A stretch of DNA of 58,101 nt, counting the filler, from Sphacelaria rigidula (lineage: Eukaryota): assembly GCA_964200075.2 (NCBI GenBank). It is 9 parts of 9 records of this genome, joined end to end, with 100 filler letters (N's around TTAATTAATTAA, not from the genome) between each part and the next. Parts side by side here need not be neighbours in the genome. Positions count along the whole stretch, not along the records: positions 12,937 to 19,303 come from CAXNAA020020498.1; positions 19,404 to 25,770 come from CAXNAA020020499.1; 7 more parts are not named here. The stretch is one strand, 5' to 3'. The notes under the pieces were generated by a model. The model was not told where the DNA came from and searched no databases. It saw only the letters and a program-made list of their open reading frames with translations. This document shows, in pieces, positions 12,837 through 23,828 of the stretch. Position numbers and translations under genes: made by a program. Every line of letters begins with the position of its first letter. The first letter of the stretch is position 1.

Positions 12837-12936
12837 NNNNNNNNNNNNNNNNNNNNNNNNNNNNNNNNNNNNNNNNNNNNTTAATTAATTAANNNNNNNN
12901 NNNNNNNNNNNNNNNNNNNNNNNNNNNNNNNNNNNN
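12837..12936. other. Artificial contig linker
   Basis: Same 100-bp linker. Confidence 0.99.
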
Positions 12937-13479
12937 GAGGAATGATGATTTGCGTGAGACGCGCGCACAGCACACGCTCAAAAACAGTCAGCAGCATCAC
13001 GTTTCCGATTGTTATTTTACACGCACGCGGCCGCCTTTCATCTAATACTGGACGGATTTCCGTCAAACAAAGGCTGTCGTGTGTAGATGGTGAAGATCTA
13101 GCGCTTGAGCTCATGCGCGTCAGTGGTGAATGTCTATCCGTCGGTTTTCGTGGCTAGGTGCTGCGCTACCTCTTTGCGTCTTGTCCGCAGCAGCACACAG
13201 AGATTGGACTGACGGTCACTGCCAGAACCGCCGCATTTTTCACCTGTGCGCAGACCTGGGCTTTGACGTGAACAAAACTGCTCGTCGATAAGACGCAGCA
13301 CTGGTCGTTGTGGGGGCAATCACTTCTCCAAAAGTGATTTTTTGAAAAGTAGTGATAATCACTTCTGATAAGACCCCGCCTAAGCCACTTTTTTGTCCAG
13401 AGGAAGGCAAAATTTCATGTGCAGCGAAAAATCAAAGCACTGAGAGAACATGCCCGCGAGCGACCCGAGTGACAAAGAA

Positions 13480-14265
13480 CATGCCAAGAATGTTCCACGC
13501 CTTCCATTTTTGCTGTCCAATGGTATCTTCGGATGTTTAGCTGGACCCGAAGCGGCCACCTTCCCTCAGGTTTTGAGAGCCGTTTCAATTGTGTGGATGC
13601 AGTTCATAAAAATGAAACTCTCTAGCTTTCGAAGGTGTCGCGCCTTTGGTGCAGCATGTTGTTACTGTGACAACCTCTGAGCAGATGGGAGTACGTGCGG
13701 TAGAACAACGAAATGTAGCTATGATTCGGTTTGCCTGCCGTACTTCCGACAGCGTCACGTGAAAGCCACAAGACCCTTGCTGTCGGGGTTTGATGGCGTG
13801 GGTCTCGAATGCAACGACATGCGGTTGATCGTAGAGCACTCTCGTCTCTCCTCCCAAGTTGTGATAACCCATGACCTCCTGACATCGGAATAATTATTAA
13901 TTACGGGAAGCTACTCGTACTGTTGTACCTATTATTGAAGTGTTTACGCGGCCAGCGTGTGCTACAGGTTACGGCATGGGCGGACTCCTATGCGCCACGC
14001 TAGCAACAGTTAGGTCACCACCATAGGCATATTTTTTCACTCCGCATGTCAAACAGGTCTCTACAAGTGTTTGATCTCTCATACACCCCCCTCAACTGGC
14101 GTGTGACACGCTCTTCTGCTCGGGCACGCGGTCAGGGGGAGGTCGGCGAAAATCAACGATGAATAAAACCCCCTAAGTTCAAAATGGATATATCTGTTGT
14201 TGCCGCAGAACCGCCCTTCCTAGCATATGTGTGACAGAGAACAGTAGTAGCGGTGACGGGAACAT
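13480..14265 (+). repeat. Second copy of the composite repeat seen at 11895-12836
   Basis: Colinear high similarity to 12183-12836 (e.g. GAAAGCCACAAGACCCTTGCTGTCGG, TAGCAACAGTTAGGTCACCACCATAGG). 13515-13566 is the reverse complement of 11895-11950. Confidence 0.85.
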
Positions 14266-14794
14266 GGCCCTACTTTTAAACGGCATGTTTTTCAGAGCAC
14301 AGAGGCGCGTCCTGTCCAAAAAGAGAGGCAGGGAGAAATCGATCTTCGTGTTCGTGAGCTCGACAGGCAAGAAGAGACGGAATCTCTCCCCACGTCGATA
14401 TTCTGGCACATGGAAAATTTGGCACATGCTGGTGTAATGTCATGGATGATGCCAGTTTCTCGAGCGATTGGTTATCGCCGAGCGAGGACACACAAAGGAC
14501 ACGGGCGAGGAGCTTCCTCTCTGTCGTTGCTTCTCTCTGGTGATATCGTCATCGACAATCGTGTAGACCACATTCGTTAGGTGTAGCTAGCCACAGCTGC
14601 TTAACTGCTGCGAACATTTGGAGGGGAAGATGGCTTCTCTCGGTCGTAAGTGTTTCGCGCCTTTCCTGGAAAAGAAAAATGCCACTTCAACCTCATTTTT
14701 TGGATGAACCCCATTTTCTAGCATCCACTGCTAATTCGCGAAGGTCTGCTGGCCTGCAACGGCTCGCAGATAGTCGGTTACAGCTGCAGCTACG

Positions 14795-15319
14795 GTGACA
14801 CCCGTGGTCATGCGGGAAGAGTTGCGACCTCCCCAATATGGGGATAGGTACTCAGAGAGTGCATCTCGCACTTTTATTACGAAGTACTTTGAGTACAAGA
14901 AGCGCGTGAAGCACGCCAACGTAGGGGGTGCTATGCGGCATCAGGTGGTGTCAATGGCTCAACAAGTGCCGACTTATGTGCATAGAGTGTTTGCTCGCTT
15001 TGAGCATAAAAAGGTCACGATCACCCCGCCGCAATTGGTTGCGGCGATCAAAAAGCATGCTGGGCATGCAGCGGGCACTTGCCACCGTTGTGGCCAGGTC
15101 TGCCACTACGCGCGCGACTGCCCAACGTCTTCCGGTGAAGAGTCTGGGCAATCTCATGCTGCGCGCATCAGTATCGTCAGCAGAAGGGCAAAAGACGACG
15201 TAATCGTGGTGGCGGCGGCGGATACTCCGGCGGTGAAGGTTCGCAGTCAAATCCTCGGCAGCAACAGCAGCGGCAGCAGCGTCAGCATGGGCCCGGTTAT
15301 GGATCCGGCGCCGCCGTAG
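14795..15319 (+). pseudogene. gag: Gag remnant with zinc knuckle (internal ~400-bp deletion versus copy 2)
   Basis: CHRCGQVCHYARDC. KKHAGHAAG is joined directly to TCHRC, whereas copy 2 has 21088-21493 in between. Confidence 0.85.
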
Positions 15320-15539
15320 GTGCTGCTGCTCCGCAACGGGCGCTGCAGGTGGGACCGACTTGTACAGTGTCGAACACTGCGCCGGCGCCGGTGGCAGCGC
15401 CAGGCGTGACGCCTGCTGACGCGCTGGCCGGCGGTTCGCCGAATTCTTGGTCTGCTGGCTGGGGGTCATACTCGCCGGCGGCGCCGTTTGAACCTGCCGG
15501 GGCGTCTTCGCCTGCGCAGCTTGCGTAGCCGTGGCGTCA

Positions 15540-18538
15540 AGTGGGGTTAGCGGCGCATCGGTCGGCCAATACATTTCCGTGGAGTTTGCAGACAGGTACG
15601 TTCCTGCGGAGCTGTGCCTTCCAAATCAACGGGAGCGTGGAGCCATTGCGGTTCAGGCTAAGTGGGATTCTGGCGCCCACTGGACGCGTCATGTGAGTCT
15701 GTCGGTACAGACTGTAGATATGTTGGAGCGTCTTCTCCCGGGTGTGCCGCTGCCCATTCCGTTTTCGCTCGGGGCGCGGTAGGCCGTCACCACGTCGAGT
15801 CAGCATGTTTACGTCACAGAGGATACTGTTCCGCTGCAACTGACTTTCACGAGTTCCTGGGGGCTGGCGCAGTTGCCTCCGATCTCGTTTGCGATCATTC
15901 CGGGGTCGGATAGCGTTATAGTATTCTTCTGGGGTTGCCGATGCTTCAGGATATTGGAGTCAACGCTCGGCGGTTGTGGGACTCCATGAAGACGCGGATG
16001 TTTCCGCCTGGTCCACGCTTGGAGACGCCCGCCGTTTTGGGTAGTCGTCGCGTGAGCTCGTCGGTGGATGCTTTTTAGGAGGCTGTAGGGCAGGTGACCG
16101 AAGAGCGGGATGCGGCGGACACTTTCTACGGTACCCCCCCCCCCAAAACCAGCCAAAAGTGTCACGAAAAAAAGGAGCATACAGCGCCTGATGCTTGGGT
16201 TCAGGCTGCATGGAGCGCCTCATATTGGCAATACTGGCTAGAACGAACCCAGTCGTGAGAATTCCCAGCTGTTCGTTGTGCTCGGCTTTTCCCATTTCGA
16301 TTTACGTGAAGATTTTGCCTCCCAAAACCATGCACTTTTTGGGGAGGGCTATCGTAGAAAGTGTCGGCGGTGGAACGCTCGGTAGAGCGCGGCCCGGAGA
16401 TGATAATGATCCCGGCGGAAGAGGAGTCCGCTCGGAAGGTCGCGCAGGAGAACAGCGTGACGGACGCTGGGGCGACAGGCCTCAGCATCTCAAAAGCGGA
16501 GCGCCTACGCGGCATATTGCATTGCTGCGTCAACGCGTTTCGTCGTGCGGTGCGGGGTGATCCCCCTGCGTGCGTGGAGTCCATGCGTGTTCAGCCAAAA
16601 CCTGGGGCGTCCGCGGTGAAGACGAAGCCGCGGCGGTACAATCCAGTGAAGTCGAGTTGGTTGGCATTGTGCATAGCGGCTCTCTTGGCGCCCGGGTTGA
16701 TGTTACGGAATATGCAGGCAGGGTGGTCCAGTCCGGATGTGGCGTTTCCGAAGAAGGCTGCATCGTGGACGGAGGGCAGGCTGCAGGCGTGGGCGTCAAC
16801 GAAGGATCTGGTGGCTCATGCCGTGACGCTGCTCCATCCTTGTCCTGATTGCCAGGTGTTTCTGTTTCCGGATGCATCTGAGTGCCATTGGGGTGGTTTG
16901 GTCATGCAGGTGCCTGCAGTTGAAATCCAAATGCTTGTGCGCGCTGCGGCTGTGTATGGTTCGTGTGAACCTCATGACTCGATGCCACCCAAATCTGTTG
17001 TCCGCCAAGCGCAACGAAAAGACCTTGGGGCCGAAGATGCGAATGTGCAATCTTTCGAGTCGGACGTTGGTACTACTACCTTGGACAATGAAGGTATGTT
17101 TCGTGTGCATGTGCGTGGTCGAAACGTTTTCTGGGTTCCGAGTTCTGACAAGCAATTGCAAGTATTTCTGATGACTTGCGCGCACATGCGCGACGCTGGG
17201 GATCGTGGTGTGGCTGCGACGCTTGTGCGCTCGCAAGAGTTTTGTGTCTGGCAGGGGATAAAAACTCATGTGCGCGAATACGTCCGCCAGTGTCTTCACT
17301 ATGCTGACTCGAGGGCGGGCGATGTTGTCCCCCGCCCGCTCGGCGAAACGGTCCATGAGACCACGCCGAATGAAGTCGTTCATTTTGACTTCTTGTACGT
17401 GGGCGAGAGTGGCCCGCTAGCTTCTCAAGGTTCATCGGAGGATGCTGAGTTTCGATACATTTTGGTAATCATGGATGATTTGAGCAACTTTGTGGCTCTG
17501 GAACCAGTAGCAGTGTGTACTGCTGAATCGACCGCTGCATCTTTGCTGAATTGATGCAAACATTTGTGGGTGCCGCGTGTGTGGGTGAGTAATACCGCCA
17601 CGCATTTCAAGAATGTGATCTTGGTCCGATTGCGAGAGGTTTTGCGCGTTGATCACCAGTTTACGGTAGCGTATTCTCCGTGGTCTAACGGTACGTGCGA
17701 ACGCATGGTCAAGGAAGTAGTTCGTGCTCTTCGCTCTGTTGTTCTCGAGCAGCGTCGAGCGGTTTCCGAGTGGGTGGACGTGGTGCCGGCGGTGCAATGG
17801 GCGCTTAAAATAGCGTATCGTCGTCGTTACGATAGTACGCCGTACCACGTAATGTTTGGCCGTGCCCCTCGGACGTCTTTCTCGGTGCTGGCGTCTTCAT
17901 CGGCGGTGGAATGGTAGTGTGATGTTCTGGACGATGCCCAAATTAAGAGTACATTACAAGGAATCTTGGACTTGCAAGAACGTTTCCGCGTTCAAGTGCA
18001 GGAACGTGTTGCCGCTGAACGTGCGTGTAGACGTGAGGGGTCCTTGTCGGGGCTGGAATTGTCGAATTTTGAGGTAGGCGACTATGTCTTGTATGCACGC
18101 GTGCGTCGTCCGGGTGTTCTGCCCAAGTTGATGGCGACGTGGACTTGTCCATGGAGAGCGGTTGGTGCTCACCACCCGCACGTGTTTGAGATTCAGAACA
18201 TTGTGTTGGGTCGTGTTCAGACCGCCCATGTAGCTCGTTTGCGTTTTTATGCAGACTCGCAGCTTGATGTTACGGCTGACGTTAAGGACGTGTTCCAGCA
18301 TGCTTTCAATCAGGGTCAATTTCAGATGGCTGGTATTGTCCGAGTGGCAAAAGAAGATGACCGTTCGTTGATCGTGCTGGTCGACTGGGTTGGGTTCGAA
18401 GTTGCGGAGCGTACGTGGTAGCCTTTCCACGATTTGTTTCAGGCCGCTCCGGAATTTCTTACGAAAGAGTTGCGTGAAATGCGCGTGACTCGTGCCTTTG
18501 CTGCTCGCATTACGAGTGAGTTTGGTATCCAATTGTGA
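15540..18538 (+). pseudogene. pol: Pol remnant: protease, RT N-terminal stub, RNase H stub, integrase, chromodomain
   Basis: WDSGA protease motif; WSSPDVAFPKK RT start; FPDAS RNase H start; degenerate HHCC; VHFDFL..IMDDLS..WVSNTATHF..SNGTCERM integrase core; VLVDWVGFEVAERTW chromodomain. Several stops and frameshifts. Confidence 0.9.
16118..16365 (+). mobile_element. GAC-terminal MITE family A (248 bp), 4-bp TSD GGCG, nested in Gypsy copy 1
   Basis: TIR GACACTTTCTACG / CGTAGAAAGTGTC. GGCG at 16114-16117 and 16366-16369. The empty site GATGCGGCGGTGGAA is present in copy 2 near 22556-22570. Confidence 0.95.
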
Positions 18539-18612
18539 CTTACTCATCGTTCTGGCGTTTTCTATGTGTCAAGCTTGTTCATCGATTATCGTCCAACGCG
18601 CTTTGGGAGTGC

Positions 18613-18871
18613 TGTGACGAAAATACGCCGTTATGTTGAGTTGGTAGTGATGATATGGATAATAACGGGGGGCACAGGGATTCTGGAGGGTTCTGGATAA
18701 TGGCCGGGGACACGGAGATGGTACTTGCGTGTCTGGAAAGCCGGTGCCTTGGAAGGTCACTCCTGAATAATGAGAATGTTGTAAAGGCTGACAACTGAAA
18801 CTGAGGCCAGTAAGACTGGGGAGTCTCTCAACAGCAGTGATCCAGCAGTTCTTCCACTGGTTGGCGTCACA
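18613..18871 (+). repeat. 3' LTR of Gypsy copy 1
   Basis: TGTGACG...CGTCACA, homologous to 20201-20458 and 25303-25560. Confidence 0.95.
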
Positions 18872-19303
18872 TATCGCATGAAAAAGAGAGGTAAAACGGG
18901 GATCTTTCGAGATATTTTCCGCTACATTTGTTGCTGAATGGATAGCGCATGCATTTGGAAATGGGAGCCACCTACTACCGCATCCCATGCATGATCGTGT
19001 ATGCAACGGAGAGGGAATAACAGCGTTAATCTTCTGTCTGCTAGGGCGCGAAGTAGTTGTGGAACCGCGAAATCACACTGGTTGTGCATACCTGCTACAG
19101 GGCAGGCTACCATGTGAAGCCCATTTGTCGTGAACGGAAAATACGAGGCTTGAATGAACGCAGTGTGAGGTATTCACTCTACCCCAGTCAGGGGTGGAGC
19201 AGATCATCGATGCGTGGGATGTTTTGTTGTCATGAAAAATATATGTAGCCCCACCTTGCGCCCCCCCCCCCATCAGAGGAAAGATGTGGAGAATGGTGAA
19301 GAA

Positions 19304-19403
19304 NNNNNNNNNNNNNNNNNNNNNNNNNNNNNNNNNNNNNNNNNNNNTTAATTAATTAANNNNNNNNNNNNNNNNNNNNNNNNNNNNNNNNNNNNNNNNN
19401 NNN
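19304..19403. other. Artificial contig linker
   Basis: Same 100-bp linker. Confidence 0.99.
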
Positions 19404-19480
19404 CACAAACCCCCCCCCCCCCCCCCCCCCCAAATAGCGGGGTCAATGGCCTGATGACTAGGGCAGGCATGATCATGAGT

Positions 19481-19698
19481 ACCCCCCCCCCCCCCCGAAT
19501 AGTGTCACGACGAAAATGGCCATTCAGCGCCTGATGTTTGGGTTCAGGCGGCACGAAGCGCCTCATATGAGCGACATTGACGAGAAGGGACCCAATTCCC
19601 AGTTTCTTGTTGCGCTCGGCTTTTTCCATTTCGATTTACGCGAAGATGTTTCCTCCCGAAACCATGCACTTTTTTTGGGGGCTATCGTAGAAAGTGTC
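19481..19698 (+). mobile_element. GAC-terminal MITE family A copy, left TIR missing
   Basis: Interior matches 16150-16365. Right TIR GGGGCTATCGTAGAAAGTGTC ends at 19698. Confidence 0.85.
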
Positions 19699-20200
19699 CC
19701 AAGCGCTTCGGCCCTCCGCGGGCCAGGAGGAAATTTCGACGCCTTCTGTACACCCTCTTTACACCTCGCTCCTCGCCCCTCTTACTTTTTGAAGTATTCA
19801 TTTTTCAATGTTTTCGTCGCGCTGTACGTTTCCTCGAATTTGTTGTTGTCGATCGCCGTGATCGGAGCGGGATCGGACTCCGGGGGCTGTTTCGTTTGGC
19901 CAATCCACTATCATCACGTGTGATGCTGCTGGGTTCGCTTATCGTCACTCCCACGTTTGGTCTTCCGTTTGATCATCGCAGAGCGCTTTATCCGAGCTGG
20001 AGCAGGGTGTAGGGTGGCCGAACATTCTGTGAAGGCCCCGTCAATCGCTTAGTCCGCGGATTCAGGGAGGGTGGAACAAACAACGACGGCATGATGCCCG
20101 GTTATGGCATCTCATTCAACTTCCGGCGAGAGTCGAGGGTTGGCGAACCCCACCCATACTCCGGCTCGAATGGCAGGACGTTTCTCGGACCCGATGGACC

Positions 20201-20458
20201 TGTGACGAAAATATGCCGTACGCTGAGTTAGTAGTGATGAGATGGATAATGACTAGGGGCACGGAGATTCTGGAGGGTTCTGGATAATGATCGAGGACAC
20301 GGAGATGGTATCTGTAAGTCTAAAAAGCTGGTGCCCTTCCAGGGCACTCTTGAACAATGAGAATGTTGTAAAGGCTGACAACTGAAACTGAGACCAGTAA
20401 GACTGGGGAGTCCCTCAACAGCAGTGATCCAACAGTGCTTCCACTGGCTGGCATCACA
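20201..20458 (+). repeat. 5' LTR
   Basis: 258 bp; 20 mismatches versus the 3' LTR by hand count (~92% identical). Confidence 0.97.
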
Positions 20459-20713
20459 ATATCGATATTTGTGCTAGTGCTAGTGCTAGAGCTAGTGCTA
20501 GAGCTAGAGACCTGCTGGAAAGGGATTCGGCGGAAGGAGTCTGGAGCTGTGGAAACCTGATACACCACGGACGCGTGGAGAGGGTTCCAGCTGAGGCACC
20601 TGAAGAAAGGCGGCTGGCCTGTGATTGATCCAGACTGGAGACTTGCTGAAGCTGCGTGCAGCGGGAGTTTGGAGGCTCCTACGATTGTGTGGTGCGGCGA
20701 CGAAGCAAGGAAA

Positions 20714-21679
20714 ATGCAATCTGCGAAGGCCCGCTGGCCTGCAGAGGTTCGCAGGTAGCCGGTTACAGCTACAGCTATGGCTACCGGCTCATAAGGTACG
20801 TCCACCGTGACACCCGTGGTCATGCGGGAAGAATTGTGACCTCCTCAATACGGGGACAGGTACTCAGAGAGTGCATCTCGCACTTTATACACGAGGTATT
20901 TGGAATACAAGGAGCGTGTGGAGCACGCTAATGCAGGGGGTGCCGTGCGGCATCAGGTGGTGACTATGGCTCAACAAGGGCCAACTCATGTACAGAGAGT
21001 GTTCGCTCGTTTGGAACATAATAAGAGCACTCTCACCTCGCCGCAATTGCTTGCGGCGATCAAAAAGCACGCTGGGCATGCGGCGGGCGCCGAGGTAGAT
21101 CTGACCCAACCGTCTGTCGCAATGGATTCTCGGGGGGAAACGATGTTGGAGCGTGTGGAGCCCATCTTGGCCAATTTGGAAAAGTACTTGACGGAAAATC
21201 CAAATGTAGAACTAGCATATCGTTCCCCCGATGGTGAGTGTATTCCCGGCCCGGCAGCAGTAATCACTAAGGCTTTGGTGGAGGGGATGGCACCGGAAAA
21301 TTTCAAGCAAGCCGTGCTTGTCAAGCTGCAGCACCAAACAGATTGGAAGGACCAACCGTACATGGTGATGAGCACCGTCGTGGCCGAGGCCAAGGAGTGG
21401 CGGAAAATAGAGGTGTTCGGCCAGTCGTCCACCTCTTCGCCGAACTCTTTGCGCAGCCATGGCTCGAAATCGACTGGTCGCGCCACGAGTATCACTTGTC
21501 ACCGCTGTAGCCAGATCGGCCATCACGCGCGCGATTGCCCAACGTCGTCCGGTGGAGAGTCTGGGCAGTCCAGTGCCGCGCGCCATCAGCATCGTCAGCA
21601 CAAGGGCAAAAGACGAGGTAATCGGGGTGGCGGCGGCGGATCCTCCGGCGATCGAGGGTCGCAGGCGAGCCCTCAGTAG
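20714..21679 (+). pseudogene. gag: Gag with CCHC zinc knuckle
   Basis: ORF 20900-21679 carries CHRCSQIGHHARDC. The same frame extends upstream to ATG 20714 through in-frame stops. Confidence 0.88.
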
Positions 21680-21775
21680 CAGCAGCACAATCAGCCGCAG
21701 CAGGGGCAGCGGCGTCAGCATGGGCCTGGCTCTGGGTCCGGCACCATCGTAGGTGCTGCTGCTCCGCAACGGGCG

Positions 21776-22543
21776 GTGCAGGTGGGCCCGACTTCTAGAG
21801 AGTCAAACACTGCGCCGGCGCCACCACTGGCGCCGGGGGCGACACCGGCAACAGCGCCAGGCGCCACGCCTGTTGACGCGCTGGTCGGAGGGTCGTCAAA
21901 TTCTTGGTTTTCTGGCTGGGGGGCGTACCCGCCGGCGGTGCCGTTTGAACCTGCCGGGGCGTCTTGGCCTGCGCAGCTTGCGCAGCCGTGGCGTCAAGTG
22001 GGATTAGCGGCGCATAGATCAGCGGGAGAAGTTCCCGTGGAGCTTGCCGACAAAAACATTGCTGCGGAGTTATGTCTTCCGAATGAACGGCAGCGTGAAG
22101 CCATTGTGATTCGGTCTGTATTGGATTCTGGCGCCCAATTCACTAGTCTGCCGGTGCAGATGGTTGAGATGCTGGAGCGTCAACTCCCGGGTGTGCCACG
22201 GCGCATCCCATTCTCGCTTGGGGCGCGGCAGGCAGTCACCACGCCAGGTCAGCATGTTTCAGTCACGGAGCGTACTGTTCTGTTGCAGCTAGCCTTCAAG
22301 ACTGCTTGGGGGCTGGCGCTGTTGCCTCCGATCTCGTTCGCGATTATGCCCGGGTCGAATGGTGTTGTTCTCCTGGGGCTGCCGACGCTACAGGATCTAG
22401 GAGTCGACCCGTTTGAGCGGTTGAAGGACTCCATCAAGACGCGACTGTCTCCGCCTGGTCCGCACGTGGAGATGGCCGCCAAATTGGGCAGTCGTCGTGT
22501 GAGCTTGTCGGTGGATGCTTTCAGGAGACTGGAGGGCAGGTGA
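21776..22543 (+). pseudogene. Retropepsin-like aspartic protease region
   Basis: VLDSGAQFTSL catalytic motif and C-terminal VLLGLPTL motif; same frame as gag. Confidence 0.85.
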
Positions 22544-23159
22544 CCGAGGAGCGGGATGCGGCGGTGGAACGCTTAGTAGAGCGCGGCCCGGATATGTTCA
22601 TGGACCGGGCGGAAGAGGAGTTCGATCGGAAGGTCGCGCTGGAGGAAAGCGTTACGGATGCTGTGGCGAAAGGCCTCAGTGTCTGAAAAGCGGAGCGCCT
22701 GCGCGGCAAATTGCGTTGCCACGTCAACGCGTTTCGTCGTGCGCTGCGGGGTGATCCCCCTGCGCGAAAGGAGCCCATGCGTGTTCCGCTGAAGCCTGGG
22801 GCGTCCGCGGCGAAGACGAAGCCGCGGTGGTACGATCCGGTGAAGTCGAGTTGGTTGGCGTTGTGCATTGCGGCTCTTTTGGCGCTCGGGTTGGTAGTAC
22901 GGAATTTGCAGGCGGGGTGATCCAGTCCAGATATAGCGTTTCCGAAGAAGGCTGCATCGTGGACGGAAGGCAGGCTGCAGGCGTGGGTGGCAGCGAAGAA
23001 TCTGGTGGCTCATGCCGTGACGCTGTTCCATCCTCGTCCTGATTGTCCGATGTTTATGTTTCCGGATGCATCTGGGTGCATTGGGGTAGTTTGGTCATGC
23101 AGGTGCCTACAGTTGGAATTGAAATGCCTGTGCGCGCTGTGGCTGTGTATGGTCCGTGT

Positions 23160-23409
23160 GACTAATGCCGAGATAGCCCCCCTACAAAACGTGCACCGAA
23201 GACCGTCCGGCAAACCGGCTGCGATTCCACTGTTGGGCTCGTTTATAGCAACTTCGCCTAGATGATAGGCGTGTAGCAGTGCGAAATCAGCTATGACGCC
23301 CAAATGAGTCCCGTTGGGCAGCAAGAAACCAGCTCTAACGGCATTTATGAGTATCGCCCCCGTGCACGTTTTTGGCCGGTTTGGGGGGGGGGCTATCTCG
23401 GCAGCAGTC
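23160..23409. mobile_element. GAC-terminal MITE family B (250 bp), 4-bp TSD GTGT
   Basis: TIR GACTAATGCCGAGATAGCCCCCC / GGGGGGCTATCTCGGCAGCAGTC. GTGT at 23156-23159 and 23410-23413. Empty site in copy 1 near 16960-16970. Confidence 0.93.
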
Positions 23410-23579
23410 GTGTGAATCTGATGACTCGATGCCGTTCACATATGTTTCCTGCCAAGCGCAACGAAAAGATCTTGGGGCCGAAGATGCGGATGTGCAATCT
23501 TTCGAGTCGGGCGTCGGTACTGCTATCTTGGAAAATGGAGATCTGTTTCGTGTGCATGTGGGTGGCCGAAGCATTTTGT

Positions 23580-23828
23580 GACACTTTCTGCGATAGCCCC
23601 CCCCCCCAAACCAGCTGAAAGTGTCACGAAAAAAATGGCCATACAGCGCCTGATGTCCGGGTTCAGGCTGCATGAAGCGCCTCATGTTAGCGACATTGGC
23701 TAGAATGAACCCAAGCGTGGGAATTCCCAGTTTCTCGTTTTGCTCGGTTTTTTCCATTTCGATTTACGTGAAGGTTTTGCCTCCCAAAACCATGCGCTTT
23801 TGGGGAGGGGGCTATCGTAGAAAGTGTC
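23580..23828 (+). mobile_element. GAC-terminal MITE family A (249 bp), 4-bp TSD TTGT
   Basis: TIR GACACTTTCTGCGATAGCCCCC / GGGGGCTATCGTAGAAAGTGTC. TTGT at 23576-23579 and 23829-23832. Confidence 0.95.

Larger units (their letters stand above)
14737..18871 (+). mobile_element. Ty3/Gypsy chromovirus-type LTR retrotransposon, 5'-truncated defective copy
   Basis: Colinear with 20720-25560. Contains gag with CCHC knuckle, DSG protease, integrase, chromodomain and 3' LTR. No 5' LTR. Confidence 0.93.

Noticed and set aside
12183..14265. Apparent local tandem duplication across 12837-12936
   Set aside because: The copies lie on different contigs separated by a linker; this is a dispersed repeat
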